Positions 1 to 11,734 of a stretch of 64,000 nt of DNA are shown here, piece after piece (within the stretch, counting starts at the first letter, position 1; the number at the start of each line of letters is the position of its first letter). Origin of the DNA: Methanobacteriota archaeon (lineage in GTDB: Archaea > Methanobacteriota > Methanobacteria > Methanobacteriales > Methanobacteriaceae); contig CAWBCJ010000010.1 of assembly GCA_963787255.1 (NCBI GenBank), forward strand, positions 64,001 through 128,000, written 5' to 3'. The translations under genes were made by a program, and so were the position numbers. Below the pieces are notes generated by a model. It saw only the letters and a list, made by a program, of their open reading frames with translations. It had not been told where the DNA came from and did not search any database.

Positions 1-603
1 CTCATATTTTTGATGTCAGGTATTATTGTTTTTTTACCAAAACTTCAAAGTGGAAAACGTTCATCGGAAGCTTCAAGAGAATTACCCTTTGCTTTAAGAC
101 AGATGGCAACAGAACTTAGAGCGGGCCTGGGACTTCATGAAAGTATGAGATCAGTGGCTGTATCTGGATACGGCCCACTTTCTGAGGAATTTGCAAGGAC
201 CCTGGAAGAGATAAGGTACGGGGAAACAACAGAAAATGCTTTAATTGATATGAGTGAACGTATAAATTCTGAAGGATTAAAAAGGGCGATATATCAGATA
301 ACAAGAACTCTTTCCAGTGGTGGAGATCTTTCAAGAACATTGAATGTTATAGCAGAAGATACTGCATATGAAATGCGGATGAAATTAAAAGATTACGCCC
401 AAAAGTTAAACTCATTTACCATGATATACATGTTCGTCGCTATTTTAGGGCCAGTAATTCTCATGATCATGTTAATTGCTGCATCAACTGTTATGGGTCC
501 AATGTTCCCCCCAATAGTTCTTTTAGTATTGTATCTGTTCTTATTCCCAATGATTGTGGGTTTCATGGCATTTATGATTAAAAGACTTGAACCTCAAATA
601 TAA
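1..603 (+). CDS. Type II secretion system F family / TadC-like membrane platform protein (5'-partial)
   Basis: Frame open from base 1; T2SSF-like motifs ([32 protein letters not shown]) and C-terminal TM helices. Confidence 0.85.
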   Translation, partial: LIFLMSGIIVFLPKLQSGKRSSEASRELPFALRQMATELRAGLGLHESMRSVAVSGYGPLSEEFARTLEEIRYGETTENALIDMSERINSEGLKRAIYQITRTLSSGGDLSRTLNVIAEDTAYEMRMKLKDYAQKLNSFTMIYMFVAILGPVILMIMLIAASTVMGPMFPPIVLLVLYLFLFPMIVGFMAFMIKRLEPQI

Positions 604-660
604 ATTTGAATTTCAAAAATAAAATTAAGAAGAAATATTTCTTCTTTATCTAATTTTTTT

Positions 661-1449
661 TTAAATAACTGAAAAATAACGTGTAATTTCAAGGCCTACT
701 ATTAGTGATAGGGTTATTGTTATAAATGTGTAGTCTTTAACATTTAATCTCTTGTTATCGTTGTATAAATTCGATCCATCAGAATAACCCCTGCTTAACA
801 TGCTGAAATATACTTTCTCTCCCTGTTCATAAGAACGCAGGAACATCATGCCTATAGTTTCGCCTACTTTCCTTAATTTCCACATATAATTAGTTTTTTT
901 ACTTCTTATGTCAAAGCATCGTGTTTTTTGAGCATTGCGAATTTTTCTTAATTCTTCATAGAAGAAAAAGAGATATCTCAAAGTCAAACTTAATAACATA
1001 GAAAATTCTCGAGGTACACCAAGTTTACGTGCAGAATTGATAAGTTCTTGCATTGGAGTTACTGATGAAAGAAGCACTATGGCAGTTACACAAACGATAA
1101 TTCTTAGTAATAGGAGTAATCCAAAGTCTAAGCCCTGTTGTGTGATGGTAATTCCAAAAGGAAGGGTATAAATTACAGTTCCTTCCCTAATAAATAGTTG
1201 TAATAATGCAATAGCTCCTCCAAATGGTAAAATCAATGCTATTCTTTTAAGAGCGTAGCTTAAAGAAATATGAGATATCAAAATTAACATTATAAGATAA
1301 AATTCCATTATAGATAATACAATTAAATTGGTAGTGTATACAGCATACACAATAATTAACATGCTGGAAATAATCTTGATTCTACCATCTAATGAATGTA
1401 AAGCGCTTTTTTTACCAGCTTCCATTTCAATACTTGAAATATTTACCAT
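661..1449 (-). CDS. cbiQ: Co/Ni ECF transporter T component
   Basis: LHSLDGRIK, LRYLFFF, AQKTRCF and SMLSRGY motifs; ATG at 1449 preferred over the 1503 track start. Confidence 0.9.
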   Translation of the reverse strand: MVNISSIEMEAGKKSALHSLDGRIKIISSMLIIVYAVYTTNLIVLSIMEFYLIMLILISHISLSYALKRIALILPFGGAIALLQLFIREGTVIYTLPFGITITQQGLDFGLLLLLRIIVCVTAIVLLSSVTPMQELINSARKLGVPREFSMLLSLTLRYLFFFYEELRKIRNAQKTRCFDIRSKKTNYMWKLRKVGETIGMMFLRSYEQGEKVYFSMLSRGYSDGSNLYNDNKRLNVKDYTFITITLSLIVGLEITRYFSVI

Positions 1450-1556
1450 TTTTTTTATCCTCAATTTAATATATTTAAAAATCCTCAAACACAAAGCAGG
1501 CAAATCTTTCGATTTGCTGCGTCAAAATCATAGATTTTCGAGTGTGAAAGGAAAAT

Positions 1557-1865
1557 TTAGGTATTTTTCTTTCCATTTTTCTTTTTTAGAAATGCACCAA
1601 GACCGTATGCAATTCCAAGAACCAGTAAAGTTCCAAGAATCAAAGCTATCACACCGCCTAATGGATTTTCTTCACCTAACGCGGGAATGGTGTAGTCTGA
1701 AAATGGTGACTCAAATGCAGGTTCTGTTTCTGGATTTTGCATCACTTTTTGAGCTGTACTGTCTAAACCGTCAGGATTTGAAGAAGCTAAAAAGGGTGCG
1801 AGAATAGCGATTGCTAAAGCAATTGTTATTCCACCTAATAAAAGTTTTTTGTTTTTAGGGTTCAT
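1557..1865 (-). CDS. PDGLE-domain NikN/CbiN-like ECF accessory protein
   Basis: ASSNPDGLD motif between two TM helices; overlaps the cbiM stop. Confidence 0.85.
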   Translation of the reverse strand: MNPKNKKLLLGGITIALAIAILAPFLASSNPDGLDSTAQKVMQNPETEPAFESPFSDYTIPALGEENPLGGVIALILGTLLVLGIAYGLGAFLKKKNGKKNT

Positions 1866-2506
1866 TTTGATGGCACCTCTTTTGTTTTGTCTTCTAGTGA
1901 GAATAAATCGGGTCTCACATTTTGTATTGCTAAAACTACAACTAATGTTATTGCTCCTTCAATAAGTCCAATGATTGCATGGAAACCTCCCATGTACAAA
2001 AGGCCTAAATCTAGTGGGAAAGAGCCTGCAATTGCAAGTTCAAATGCAGCAACAATTGAAGCTACAAATATGGATGCCCATGCTCCAACGAATACTGCGG
2101 TTTTTTTCCAGTGACCTTTTAGTGCTTTAAAGGTGTAGAATCCTACAAATCCGCCTACAACTCCCATATTAAAAATATTAACGCCTAAAGCGGTCATTCC
2201 GCCGTCTCCAAATAACAATCCTTGGAGTACTAATACTATTGATAATACCAAAACTGCTGCCCATGGACTGCCGAATATAATGGCCACTAAAGCTGCTCCC
2301 ATCATGTGTCCGCTTGTTCCGAATGGAATAGGGATATTCATGGCTTGTATGGCGAAAATACCGGCAGATATTACTGCTAACAATGGAATGGCTCTTTCAT
2401 CAAGATTATTTCTTGCCCATCTAAGTGCTAAGATCAAAGCTATAAAAGATATGGCGTAATAAATTAACCATTGTGGAAATGGAATTAAACCATCGGGTAT
2501 ATGCAT
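1862..2506 (-). CDS. cbiM: Ni/Co ECF transporter S component CbiM/NikM
   Basis: N-terminal MHIPDG metal-binding motif; GTSGHMMG and GDGG motifs. Confidence 0.93.
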   Translation of the reverse strand: MHIPDGLIPFPQWLIYYAISFIALILALRWARNNLDERAIPLLAVISAGIFAIQAMNIPIPFGTSGHMMGAALVAIIFGSPWAAVLVLSIVLVLQGLLFGDGGMTALGVNIFNMGVVGGFVGFYTFKALKGHWKKTAVFVGAWASIFVASIVAAFELAIAGSFPLDLGLLYMGGFHAIIGLIEGAITLVVVLAIQNVRPDLFSLEDKTKEVPSK

Positions 2507-2571
2507 TTTTTAAATCCTCCTTTATTTCTACAAAAAAAGTTCTATTTTTTATAATATAAACCTTTTCGTAA

Positions 2572-2716
2572 GTATTACTTTAGGTCTGATTTTTTTAAAA
2601 ATTGTAATAAAAAAGTAATATTAAAGGCGGGTTTTCATTGGAAATTGTAATAAGTCCTCCGTGAAATAGATGCATAAACAGGAGGGTGATTTAATGTGAA
2701 TAAAGTTCATTATTAC
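2572..2716. promoter_or_regulatory. Cluster of GTAATA/TATTAC hexamers in the cbiM-cdhA divergent promoter (possible NikR-type sites)
   Basis: Hexamer at 2573, 2604, 2615, 2647 and 2711; the first abuts the minus-strand BRE/TATA (2553-2568). Confidence 0.35.
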
Positions 2717-2812
2717 AAATCCCTTTTTTTTGGAATTTTTATAATAAAGTATATATAATTTAATATCTACAGTTAAAATATCATTATAAATCATTAATAA
2801 TTGGTGATAACT

Positions 2813-5167
2813 GTGGCACACAGACCTAAACCTAAAGAATTTAAAGATGATTTCTGGAAATCAAAAAAAATAAACGTCTCAATCGGAGATATAGTTGAAA
2901 CAAAAGTAACAGAAGAAGTCCCTGAAACAATGGGCCCAACTCCAAAGCCTAATATAACTGATCTACGATCATGGGACATGAAATTATTAGAAAAATATGA
3001 ACCTTTCTATGCACCATTTTGTGATATGTGCTGTTTATGCACCTATGGAAAATGTGATCTAACGGCCGGCAAAAAAGGAGCCTGTGGTATCGATATACAA
3101 GCTCAACAGGCTAGAATTGTACTTTTAGCTTGTTGTATAGGGTCAGCAGCCCACTCAGGACACGCAAGACACCTTTTAGACTACCTTATAGGCAAAAAAG
3201 GTATAGATTTCCCTGTAGATCTTGGAATGAATATAGAAATTGAAGCTCCAATCATGAGAGTACTTCTCGGAAAAAAACCTAAAACATTAGGTGATTTAAG
3301 AGAAGCGCTTGATTATCTTGAAGAGCAAATGGTACACCTTTTATCAGCATGCCATACTGGACAGGAAGGAAGCAGTATTGATTTTGAATCAAAAGCACTT
3401 CACGCAGGTTTAATGGATAATCTTGGAAAGGAAATAGGGGATATTGCACAAATCGTAGCCCTTAACATGCCCAAAGGCGAAGATGCACCTCTTGTAGAGC
3501 TTGGAATGGGTACAATTGATCGGGAAAAGCCAGTTGTACTTTGTATAGGGCACAATGTCGCTCCAGGAGCAGGAATTATAGATTATCTTGAAGATAAAGA
3601 ACTTGAAGATAATGTAGAAGTATGTGGTATATGCTGTGCAGCATTAGACATAACCAGATACAACAAAAGTGCAAAAGTTGTTGGACCCATCTCAAAACAG
3701 CTCAAATTCGTAAGAAGTGGAGTTGCAGACGTTGTAGTTGTTGACGAGCAGTGCGTAAGGACAGATATCCTTGAAGAAGCTAGAAAGAACAAGGCAGCTG
3801 TAATTGCAACAACAGATAAAATATGTCTCGGACTTCCGGACATGACCAACGAAGATGCAGATAAAATCGTCAAACAACTTGTAAATGATGAAATTGAAGG
3901 AGCATTAATCCTTGATCCGGATAAAGTAGGTGAAGTAGCCACACGTGTTGCAATGCAAATAGCAAAAGACCGTGAAGCTCTAAAATTACTACCTGACCTT
4001 GATGAAATTACTGAAATGGCCAAAGAATGTACTGAATGCGGATGGTGTCAAAGAGTATGTCCAAACAGCCAGCCAATGATGGACGCAGTTATGGATGCAA
4101 GTAAAGGTGACTTTTCCAAATTCATAGACTTATACGAAAACGATGTTTGTTACACATGCGGCAGATGTGAACAGGAATGTGAAAGAGACCTCCCATTAAT
4201 TTCCATGCTCACTAAAGTAGGGGAACACTACGTCAAAGATGAAAAATACAATGTCAGGGCAGGTAGAGGGCCTGTTCAAGATGTTGAAATAAGACGTGTA
4301 GGTGCACCGATCGTATTAGGTGATATTCCGGGAGTTATAGCATTTGTTGGATGTACAAACTACCCTGAAGGCGGAGAAGATGTCGCAAAAATGGCAGAAG
4401 AATTCCTTGAAAGAAACTACATTGTAGTAACCAGCGGATGCGGAGCTATGACCATAGGGGAATACCGGGATGAAGAAGGAAGAACCCTGTATGAAAGATA
4501 CAGCGGTGATTTCGACGCGAAAGGCCTTGTAAATGTCGGTTCATGTGTTTCAAATGCCCATATACCGGGTGCATGCATTAAAATAGCTAACATCTTCGCC
4601 AAAAAGCCTCTTGAAGGAAACTTCGAAGAAATAGCTGATTACATTTTAAACCGGGTTGGAGCATGTGGTGTAGCATGGGGAGCCTACTCTCAAAAAGCTG
4701 CAGCAATTGCAACAGGTGTAAACAGGTGGGGAATACCAGTTGTTGTAGGTCCACATGGAACTAAATACCGGCGTCTGTTCCTTGGAAGAACCGATAAGAA
4801 AGAAACATGGAAATTAAATGATTTGCGTACTGGAGAAGTCATAGATGGAGAACCAGCGCCTGAACATTTATTATACGCTGCTGAAAACCGTGCAGAAGCA
4901 ACAGTCATGATTGCAAAATTATGTATTAGACCAAATGACACTTCAAAAGGAAGACAAATAAAGCTAAATCATTATTTAGACCTTCACAAAAAGTACTTCG
5001 GCACATTACCTGACGATGTTTACAGGTTTGTAAGAAACGAGAAAGATATTCCGATAACATATAAAAAAGAAGTTATGAAAATGCTTGAAGAAAAAGGATG
5101 GGAACCACGAGCACTTCCACAGGAACCATCCACAATGAAATTTAGGGAAAAAGCAGAGGGAAAATGA
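2813..5167 (+). CDS. cdhA: ACDS complex CO dehydrogenase alpha subunit
   Basis: [12 protein letters not shown], two CxxCxxCxxxC motifs, GCTNYP, GSCVSN; GTG at 2813 after GGTGA SD. Confidence 0.97.
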   Translation: MAHRPKPKEFKDDFWKSKKINVSIGDIVETKVTEEVPETMGPTPKPNITDLRSWDMKLLEKYEPFYAPFCDMCCLCTYGKCDLTAGKKGACGIDIQAQQARIVLLACCIGSAAHSGHARHLLDYLIGKKGIDFPVDLGMNIEIEAPIMRVLLGKKPKTLGDLREALDYLEEQMVHLLSACHTGQEGSSIDFESKALHAGLMDNLGKEIGDIAQIVALNMPKGEDAPLVELGMGTIDREKPVVLCIGHNVAPGAGIIDYLEDKELEDNVEVCGICCAALDITRYNKSAKVVGPISKQLKFVRSGVADVVVVDEQCVRTDILEEARKNKAAVIATTDKICLGLPDMTNEDADKIVKQLVNDEIEGALILDPDKVGEVATRVAMQIAKDREALKLLPDLDEITEMAKECTECGWCQRVCPNSQPMMDAVMDASKGDFSKFIDLYENDVCYTCGRCEQECERDLPLISMLTKVGEHYVKDEKYNVRAGRGPVQDVEIRRVGAPIVLGDIPGVIAFVGCTNYPEGGEDVAKMAEEFLERNYIVVTSGCGAMTIGEYRDEEGRTLYERYSGDFDAKGLVNVGSCVSNAHIPGACIKIANIFAKKPLEGNFEEIADYILNRVGACGVAWGAYSQKAAAIATGVNRWGIPVVVGPHGTKYRRLFLGRTDKKETWKLNDLRTGEVIDGEPAPEHLLYAAENRAEATVMIAKLCIRPNDTSKGRQIKLNHYLDLHKKYFGTLPDDVYRFVRNEKDIPITYKKEVMKMLEEKGWEPRALPQEPSTMKFREKAEGK

Positions 5168-5188
5168 TTGCAAAAAAAAGGTGATTAA

Positions 5189-5698
5189 ATGAATGAAAGG
5201 GTAATCCCATGGCAACCAACGGTTATAGCAGGGCCGAAACAAGCATTGCTTGTAACTCCAGAAACAGCGGAAATGATGCTTCAAAAGGCAAAACGACCTT
5301 TAATGGTGATAGGGCCGCTTATTAACGACAGCCCCGTACAGACGCTTGCTACACAAATTGCTGAAAAATGGAATATTCCAATTGTAAGCACTGGAGACGC
5401 GTTTAAATCTCTTAATGAAGCAGGTGTTTCAAGTAAATCTTATGGAGTAGTTGAAATTGTTAATCTTCTTAAAGATCAAGACTGGAAAGGAATAAATGGG
5501 GAAGGAAATCACGATTTAGTCATATTCATAGGTGTAATTTATTATATAGGATCACAGGGACTTTCAACCTTGAAACACTTTGCACCTCACCTAAAGACTC
5601 TAACAATCTGTAAATTTTTCCATTCCAATGCAGATGCATCATTCCCTAATATGAAAGATGAAGAATGGCTTAAATACCTTAAAAAATTAACGGAATAA
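5189..5698 (+). CDS. cdhB: ACDS epsilon subunit
   Basis: [10 protein letters not shown] and [10 protein letters not shown] motifs; operon position. Confidence 0.95.
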   Translation: MNERVIPWQPTVIAGPKQALLVTPETAEMMLQKAKRPLMVIGPLINDSPVQTLATQIAEKWNIPIVSTGDAFKSLNEAGVSSKSYGVVEIVNLLKDQDWKGINGEGNHDLVIFIGVIYYIGSQGLSTLKHFAPHLKTLTICKFFHSNADASFPNMKDEEWLKYLKKLTE

Positions 5699-5756
5699 GT
5701 TTTTTTGTTTAAAAATAATGAAAATCAAATAGATTCATAATCATGGAGGAAATTCA

Positions 5757-7145
5757 ATGTTTGAGGATATACCTGTTGATGTTAGTCCAATGTATGAAGG
5801 GGAACGTATAAGATCGGCGAACATGTTCGTTGAACTTGCAGGTCCAAAATCTTCCGGTGCAGAACTCGTTCAAGTAGCAGAAGACGTTGAAGACGGAGCA
5901 TTAGAAGTAGTAGGACCAGAGCTATCTGAAATGACCGAAGGAGAAATTTATCCCTTTGGAATATCAGTGAAAATTCAAGGAGAAAAACTGGAAAAAGAGC
6001 TTGAAGGAGTTATAGAACGGAGGATACATGAACTCTGTAACTATGTAAAGGGATTCATGCACTTAAACCAAAGAGATCAAATCTGGTGTCGTGTAAGTAA
6101 AGAAGCCTTTGAAGCAGGTTTTAAGCTTGAACACCTTGCAAAGGCGCTTTCAATTCTTCTTAAAGAAGAGTTCCCAATAATAGAAAAGATATCTGTAAGT
6201 GTATTTACAGAAGTAACCGAAGTAGAAGCATTCATTGAAACAGCAAGAGCAACATATGAAGTTCGTGATGCAAGAGCAAGAGAACTAAGCGACGAAGATG
6301 TCGACGTATTCTACGGCTGCGTAATGTGCCAATCATTTGCACCAAGCCACGTATGTGTTGTTACACCAGACAGAACCGCATTATGTGGGGCTATAAACTG
6401 GTTTGACTGCAGGGCAGCAGCTAAAATGGATCCTGAGGGACCAATATTTGAAATAACAAAAGGTGAAGTTTTAGATGATGTTAAAGGTGAATACAGCGAT
6501 GTAAACACCATGGTATCTGAAAAATCACAGGGTATGACAGACAGAGTTTACTTACACAGTGTATTTGAATATCCACACACATCATGCGGATGTTTTGAAG
6601 CTGTAGCGTTTTATATACCTGAACTTGACGGAATTGGAATTGTAGACCGTGACTTTAGAGGGGAAACACCACTTGGAATACCATTTTCGGCTATGGCCGG
6701 CCAATGTTCTGGTGGAAAGCAGGTTGAAGGATTTACAGGACTAAGTCTTGAATACATGCGGTCACCTAAATTTTTACAGGCAGACGGCGGATATGAACGG
6801 ATTATATGGATGCCTAAAGAAATTAAAGATTCGCTTACTGAATTTATCCCTGAAGAGTTAATTGAAAAGATTCCAACCGAAGAAGATGCGGGAAGCATTA
6901 AAGAAATCAGGAGATTCCTGAGAGAAAACGAACACCCAATAATGGAAAGATTAAAACAAGCTAAAGAGGAAGTAGAAGAATCTGAAACAGTTGAAGAAGT
7001 TTCAGAGGAACCTGAAATGATGGGCACTCCTATGGCTCAAGTTGCTTATGCTCCTGAACTTTCAATGCCTGCAGGCGGCGGCGTTAAAATAATACTTAAA
7101 AATGCAAAAATCTACGCTGAAAAAGTAATAATCAAGAGAAAATAG
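5757..7145 (+). CDS. cdhC: ACDS beta subunit (acetyl-CoA synthase)
   Basis: FYGCVMCQSFAP and HTSCGCFE A-cluster motifs. Confidence 0.97.
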   Translation: MFEDIPVDVSPMYEGERIRSANMFVELAGPKSSGAELVQVAEDVEDGALEVVGPELSEMTEGEIYPFGISVKIQGEKLEKELEGVIERRIHELCNYVKGFMHLNQRDQIWCRVSKEAFEAGFKLEHLAKALSILLKEEFPIIEKISVSVFTEVTEVEAFIETARATYEVRDARARELSDEDVDVFYGCVMCQSFAPSHVCVVTPDRTALCGAINWFDCRAAAKMDPEGPIFEITKGEVLDDVKGEYSDVNTMVSEKSQGMTDRVYLHSVFEYPHTSCGCFEAVAFYIPELDGIGIVDRDFRGETPLGIPFSAMAGQCSGGKQVEGFTGLSLEYMRSPKFLQADGGYERIIWMPKEIKDSLTEFIPEELIEKIPTEEDAGSIKEIRRFLRENEHPIMERLKQAKEEVEESETVEEVSEEPEMMGTPMAQVAYAPELSMPAGGGVKIILKNAKIYAEKVIIKRK

Positions 7146-7173
7146 ATTAAATTTTTAATAAAGGGGTAAATTA

Positions 7174-7929
7174 GTGATAATAGCAGTAAGTGGAAAGGGA
7201 GGAACAGGTAAAACACTTACATCCTCTCTTTTAATCAAATCTTTAACTGGTAGTGGCAAAGATATACTTGCAATAGATGCAGACCCAGATTCTAACCTGC
7301 CAGAAGCTCTAGGAATAGAAGTAGAGCGCACAGTCGGCGATGTTAGAGAAGAACTTAAAAAAGACACTGCAGCAGGCAATATTCCATCGAGTTCTAACAA
7401 ATGGGACATACTCGATTATAAAATCATGGAATCAGTAATTGAAACTCCAGAATTTGATCTTCTTGTAATGGGAAGACCTGAAGGAAGCGGCTGTTACTGT
7501 GCTGTAAATAACATGCTTCGAAAAATCATCGAAACACTTTCATCAAACTACGATATAATAGTGATTGACACCGAAGCAGGTCTTGAACATCTAAGCAGAA
7601 GAACAACTCAAAATGTTGATATAATGCTTGTAGTGACAGACACATCAAAAAGAGGAATTTTAACAGCGCAAAGAATCGGTGAATTATCAAAAGAACTTGA
7701 CATAAGTTTTAAAGAACTTCATCTAATTGTAAACCGTGTTAAACCAGAAAAAGAAGATGAAGTGCTTAAAAAAGTAAATGAAACAGGACTAAATGTTATT
7801 GGAACAATATATGAAGATGAAATCGTTTCTGAATATGACTTAGAAGGAAAACCATTGATTGATCTTCCTGAAAATTCCAATGCAAATATTGCTATATCAA
7901 AAATAATGGATAATTTAAACTTAAAATAG
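7174..7929 (+). CDS. cooC: CooC/AcsF nickel-insertion ATPase
   Basis: GKGGTGKT, GCYC and DTEAGLEHLSR motifs. Confidence 0.95.
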   Translation: MIIAVSGKGGTGKTLTSSLLIKSLTGSGKDILAIDADPDSNLPEALGIEVERTVGDVREELKKDTAAGNIPSSSNKWDILDYKIMESVIETPEFDLLVMGRPEGSGCYCAVNNMLRKIIETLSSNYDIIVIDTEAGLEHLSRRTTQNVDIMLVVTDTSKRGILTAQRIGELSKELDISFKELHLIVNRVKPEKEDEVLKKVNETGLNVIGTIYEDEIVSEYDLEGKPLIDLPENSNANIAISKIMDNLNLK

Positions 7930-7950
7930 ATTTAGAAAGGATGTGGGTTA

Positions 7951-9114
7951 ATGGATAAAATGACACAACTTCTTAAACTGCTTGAAAATACAGATACTAT
8001 AGAATTAAATGAGTTCAGGATGGATTTTGAACAACTTGAACTCAATATGATGCCTGCAATCCAGCAAGTTGTTCAACAGGCTCAAAAGCAAGCTCAACAA
8101 GCTGAAATTGTTAGAGAAGCAATACTGGCTGAAGAATTCAAACCGCCAATTCACGACTATCCTGGCGAGATAGCAGAGGTTCAGCTTGGAGCGGGTACAA
8201 GAAAACCAGTATTCTTAGGTGGACAAAAAGCATTATACCGCTTTGAAGATCCGCAGCCAAATCCTCCAGTTGTAACTTTCGATGTTTTCGATATTCCAAT
8301 GCCAGGATTACCAAGACCAATAAGAGAACACTTTGAAGATGTAATGGAACACCCTGGAGACTGGGCTAAAAAAGCAGTCAAAGACTTCGGAGCAAACATG
8401 GTCACAATACACCTTATCGGTACAGGTCCAAAGGTCATGGATAAAACTCCAAGACAGGCAGCAGAAGATATAGAAGAAGTATTACAGGCTGTAGACGTAC
8501 CTTTAGTAATAGGTGGTTCAGGAGACCCTCAAAAGGATCCAATAGTGCTTGAAGCAGCAGCTGCAGCTGCAGAAGATGAAAGATGTCTTCTAGCATCAGC
8601 AAACCTTGACCTTGACTATAGAAAAGTTGCAAAAGCAGCAGTAGATTACAATCACGCGGTTCTTTCATGGGCAATAACTGATATTAACATGCAGAAAACA
8701 CTTAACAAGTACCTCATGAAGGAAGGATTAACTCAAAATGACATTGTAATGGACCCGACAACATGTGCGCTTGGTTATGGTATTGAATTTTCAATAGACG
8801 TTATAACCAGAACAAGACTCGCTGCACTTAAGGGAGATACAGATTTACAAATGCCCATGTCTTCAGGAACAACCAATGCATGGGGTTCACGTGAAGCATG
8901 GATGAAAAAAGAAGAATGGGGACCAACAGATTACAGAGGTCCAATATGGGAAATTATAACTGGATTGACCATGATGCTTTGCGGTGTCGATATTTTCATG
9001 ATGCTCCACCCGCAATCAGTAAAAATGCTTAGAGAAATTGGAGAAACATTTACAAAAGAATATATGACCACAGAAGTTCCTGATATCTCAAACTGGGTCA
9101 CTCAACTGGAATAA
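7951..9114 (+). CDS. cdhD: ACDS delta subunit (small corrinoid Fe-S subunit)
   Basis: IVMDPTTCALGYGIE and NAWGSREAW motifs. Confidence 0.96.
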   Translation: MDKMTQLLKLLENTDTIELNEFRMDFEQLELNMMPAIQQVVQQAQKQAQQAEIVREAILAEEFKPPIHDYPGEIAEVQLGAGTRKPVFLGGQKALYRFEDPQPNPPVVTFDVFDIPMPGLPRPIREHFEDVMEHPGDWAKKAVKDFGANMVTIHLIGTGPKVMDKTPRQAAEDIEEVLQAVDVPLVIGGSGDPQKDPIVLEAAAAAAEDERCLLASANLDLDYRKVAKAAVDYNHAVLSWAITDINMQKTLNKYLMKEGLTQNDIVMDPTTCALGYGIEFSIDVITRTRLAALKGDTDLQMPMSSGTTNAWGSREAWMKKEEWGPTDYRGPIWEIITGLTMMLCGVDIFMMLHPQSVKMLREIGETFTKEYMTTEVPDISNWVTQLE

Positions 9115-9139
9115 ATGGAGAATAAGGAGGTTAAAAAAA

Positions 9140-10513
9140 ATGGCCGTTACAGCAATGGATATTTACAGACTACTTCCAAAAACTAACTGTGCAAAATGTG
9201 GAGAGGCTTCGTGCATGGCATTTGCAACAAAACTCTCAGAAAAGGAAATGGACCTTGAATTATGCACACAGCTTGCAGCAGACGAATTTGATAAGCTTGC
9301 AGATTTACTTGCTCCTGCTGTTAAGGAAATAACAATTGGTAAAGGCGAAAAAGCCATGATAGTTGGTGGAGATGAAGTCCTTTACAGATACGAATTAACT
9401 TATTATAATCAAACACCTCTTGTAATTGATATAAGCGACGATATGGACGACGCAGCATTCGATGAGAGGGTTAAAAAAATAGAAGACACTCAATTTGAAA
9501 GAACAGGAGAATTACTAACACTTGATGCTATAGCTCTCAGAAATAAGTCTGGAGATGCTGCAAAATTTAAAGAAGCAGCAGAAAAACTTAAAAATTCCAG
9601 TCTAGCATTAGTATTATGTTCTTTCGATCCTGAAGCAATGAAAGCAGCCCTTGAAGCTGTTGGAGATGAACGTCCATTAATTTATGGTGCAACAGAAAAC
9701 AATATTGAACAAATGGCAGCATTAGCACTTGAATACGATTGTCCAATAGCACTCTTTGTACCAAACGACCTTGAAAAAATGAAGGAATTTTCAAGGACAT
9801 TGAGGTCTAAAGGAATAACTGACATTATCCTTGATCCAGGTACATATGTAGGTGCAGGAATCGGAGATACTTTAGATGATTTCGTCATGATAAGAAGGCT
9901 TGCAATTGAAGAACGGGATGAAGACTTCAGATTCCCAATATTGGGTGTTCCAGCACTCACATGGCTTACAAGTGAAGAAGATGAAGTTAATACCGCAATA
10001 CAAGAAGCCACAATCGCCGCAACACTCATAAACAAATATGCCGATATGATGATAATTCACGGAACCGAAATATGGGAGTTAATACCTGTTCTAACATTAA
10101 GACAGAGTATTTTCACCGATCCAAGAAAACCTCAAGCAGTAGATGCAGGATTATATGAGTTTGGTGAGGTAAATGAGAATTCACCTGTAGCTTTAACAAC
10201 CAACTTTGCACTTACATATTACACTGTAGAAGGAGATTTAAAGTCAGGAAAAGCAAACTGCTACCTATTAGTACTGGATACAGGAGGTAGAGCTGTGGAT
10301 GTGTCAGTAGCCGGTGGACAGTTTACTGGTAAATCTGTTGCGGATTTATTAAAAGAATGTGAAATTGATGATAAAATAAAAACCAGAAAGATGGTAGTAC
10401 CTGGTCTCGGCGCTCCTTTAAGTGGTGAAATTGAGGACGATACGGGATGGGAAGTTGTTGTAGGACCAAGAGATTCATCTGCACTTTCAGATTTCCTTAA
10501 AGAGAAAGTATAA
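9140..10513 (+). CDS. cdhE: ACDS gamma subunit (large corrinoid Fe-S subunit)
   Basis: LPKTNCAKCGEASCMAFA, TTNFALTYY and GPRDSS motifs. Confidence 0.96.
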   Translation: MAVTAMDIYRLLPKTNCAKCGEASCMAFATKLSEKEMDLELCTQLAADEFDKLADLLAPAVKEITIGKGEKAMIVGGDEVLYRYELTYYNQTPLVIDISDDMDDAAFDERVKKIEDTQFERTGELLTLDAIALRNKSGDAAKFKEAAEKLKNSSLALVLCSFDPEAMKAALEAVGDERPLIYGATENNIEQMAALALEYDCPIALFVPNDLEKMKEFSRTLRSKGITDIILDPGTYVGAGIGDTLDDFVMIRRLAIEERDEDFRFPILGVPALTWLTSEEDEVNTAIQEATIAATLINKYADMMIIHGTEIWELIPVLTLRQSIFTDPRKPQAVDAGLYEFGEVNENSPVALTTNFALTYYTVEGDLKSGKANCYLLVLDTGGRAVDVSVAGGQFTGKSVADLLKECEIDDKIKTRKMVVPGLGAPLSGEIEDDTGWEVVVGPRDSSALSDFLKEKV

Positions 10514-10532
10514 CTAAAGAAGGGATAAAACT

Positions 10533-11000
10533 ATGAAAACATTGATGGTAGTAGATCCACGAATGTGCTCAGAATGTAAGGACTGCATTACAGCATGCAA
10601 AAAAGAGCATGGGACAGCAAGAGCAAAAAAGAGCAGCTCTATACCCATTTTTTGCCTACAATGTCACCCGGATAAAGCACCATGTGCAAGAATATGTCCA
10701 ACAGGGGCCATAAAAGAAAAGAACGGAACTCTCAAGGTTCATGAAGATGCATGCATTCTCTGCAGGCTATGCATGATTGCATGTCCAATAGGAATCATAG
10801 CAATTGACGAAGACAAAAAATCAGCACAAAAGTGTACACTATGTATGGAAACTGATGGAATTCTACCTGCATGTGTTGAAGCATGTAAAGATAACGTCTT
10901 GAAAGTATTCTCAATTCAAGAACTTGAAGAACTTAAAAAAGACGTTTCTTTTGCTGAAATTCTTGAGGAAACCCTTAGGTCGTGCCAAGATAAGATTTAG
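10533..11000 (+). CDS. 4Fe-4S dicluster protein (PorF/CooF-like electron carrier)
   Basis: Four Cys clusters; last gene of the cdh operon; resembles the porF product at 27829. Confidence 0.88.
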   Translation: MKTLMVVDPRMCSECKDCITACKKEHGTARAKKSSSIPIFCLQCHPDKAPCARICPTGAIKEKNGTLKVHEDACILCRLCMIACPIGIIAIDEDKKSAQKCTLCMETDGILPACVEACKDNVLKVFSIQELEELKKDVSFAEILEETLRSCQDKI

Positions 11001-11030
11001 ATCTTATTTCTTCTTTTATTTTTTTAGAGT

Positions 11031-11552
11031 TTAAGGCTTAATTTTTTCATTGACAATTAGAATTCCCTCATTTTTTAAAATTTCTTTTTTCATCTCTGTG
11101 CCTCCATAGAATCCGCCGACACTTAAATCGGATTTCACGACTCTATGGCATGGAATAATTAGAGGTAATGGATTTTTTCCTATTGCAGTGCCTACAGCCC
11201 GATATGCCTTTGAATCAATGGCCTCTGAAATCTGTTTATATGTTTTAACTTTTCCACATGGTATTTTCATTACTTCAAGGAGCACTTTTTTTTGAAAGTC
11301 ATTTAAATCCAAGTTTAGGCTTTTATTTTCAAAAGAAATCGATTTTCCATAATAAAGCTTACAGATAGATTCTGCAAATGGTTTATAATCATCTGATAAA
11401 CTATAAGTAGCATATTCCTTTGTAATTTCATTTAATGCTTCATTTTCACTTGATTTGGGTAAAATTGTTTTTATAATCTTGCCATCTTTAACTGCAACGG
11501 CAAAATAGAGTTTTCCGTGATTATAGGTTGAAACTATGATTTCATCGCTAAT
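11031..11552 (-). CDS. ogt: Methylated-DNA-[protein]-cysteine S-methyltransferase
   Basis: IPCHRV active site and RAVGTA motif; frame open 80 codons upstream of the track TTG, to an ATT 6 nt after GGAGGG. Confidence 0.88.
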   Translation of the reverse strand: MSDEIIVSTYNHGKLYFAVAVKDGKIIKTILPKSSENEALNEITKEYATYSLSDDYKPFAESICKLYYGKSISFENKSLNLDLNDFQKKVLLEVMKIPCGKVKTYKQISEAIDSKAYRAVGTAIGKNPLPLIIPCHRVVKSDLSVGGFYGGTEMKKEILKNEGILIVNEKIKP

Positions 11553-11734
11553 GAAAATCCCTCCAAAAATAAGTTGTTCTATTATTGTTTTCTATGCTAA
11601 AAAAAGTTTATTAAAATTAATTTAAATATATTTTAGAGCTGTTAATTATTAATTCTATATCTGTTTCCTCTTCTTCAAAGGCTTCTTCTTCCCCAGCAAG
11701 CAAGAAAATTAGCCTCAAAAACCAGCTTTAATTG

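Noticed and set aside
11617-11718. 33-codon acidic ORF (MRLIFLLAGEEEAFEEEETD...) on the minus strand
   Set aside because: No clear SD and too short to support; possibly a gene remnant
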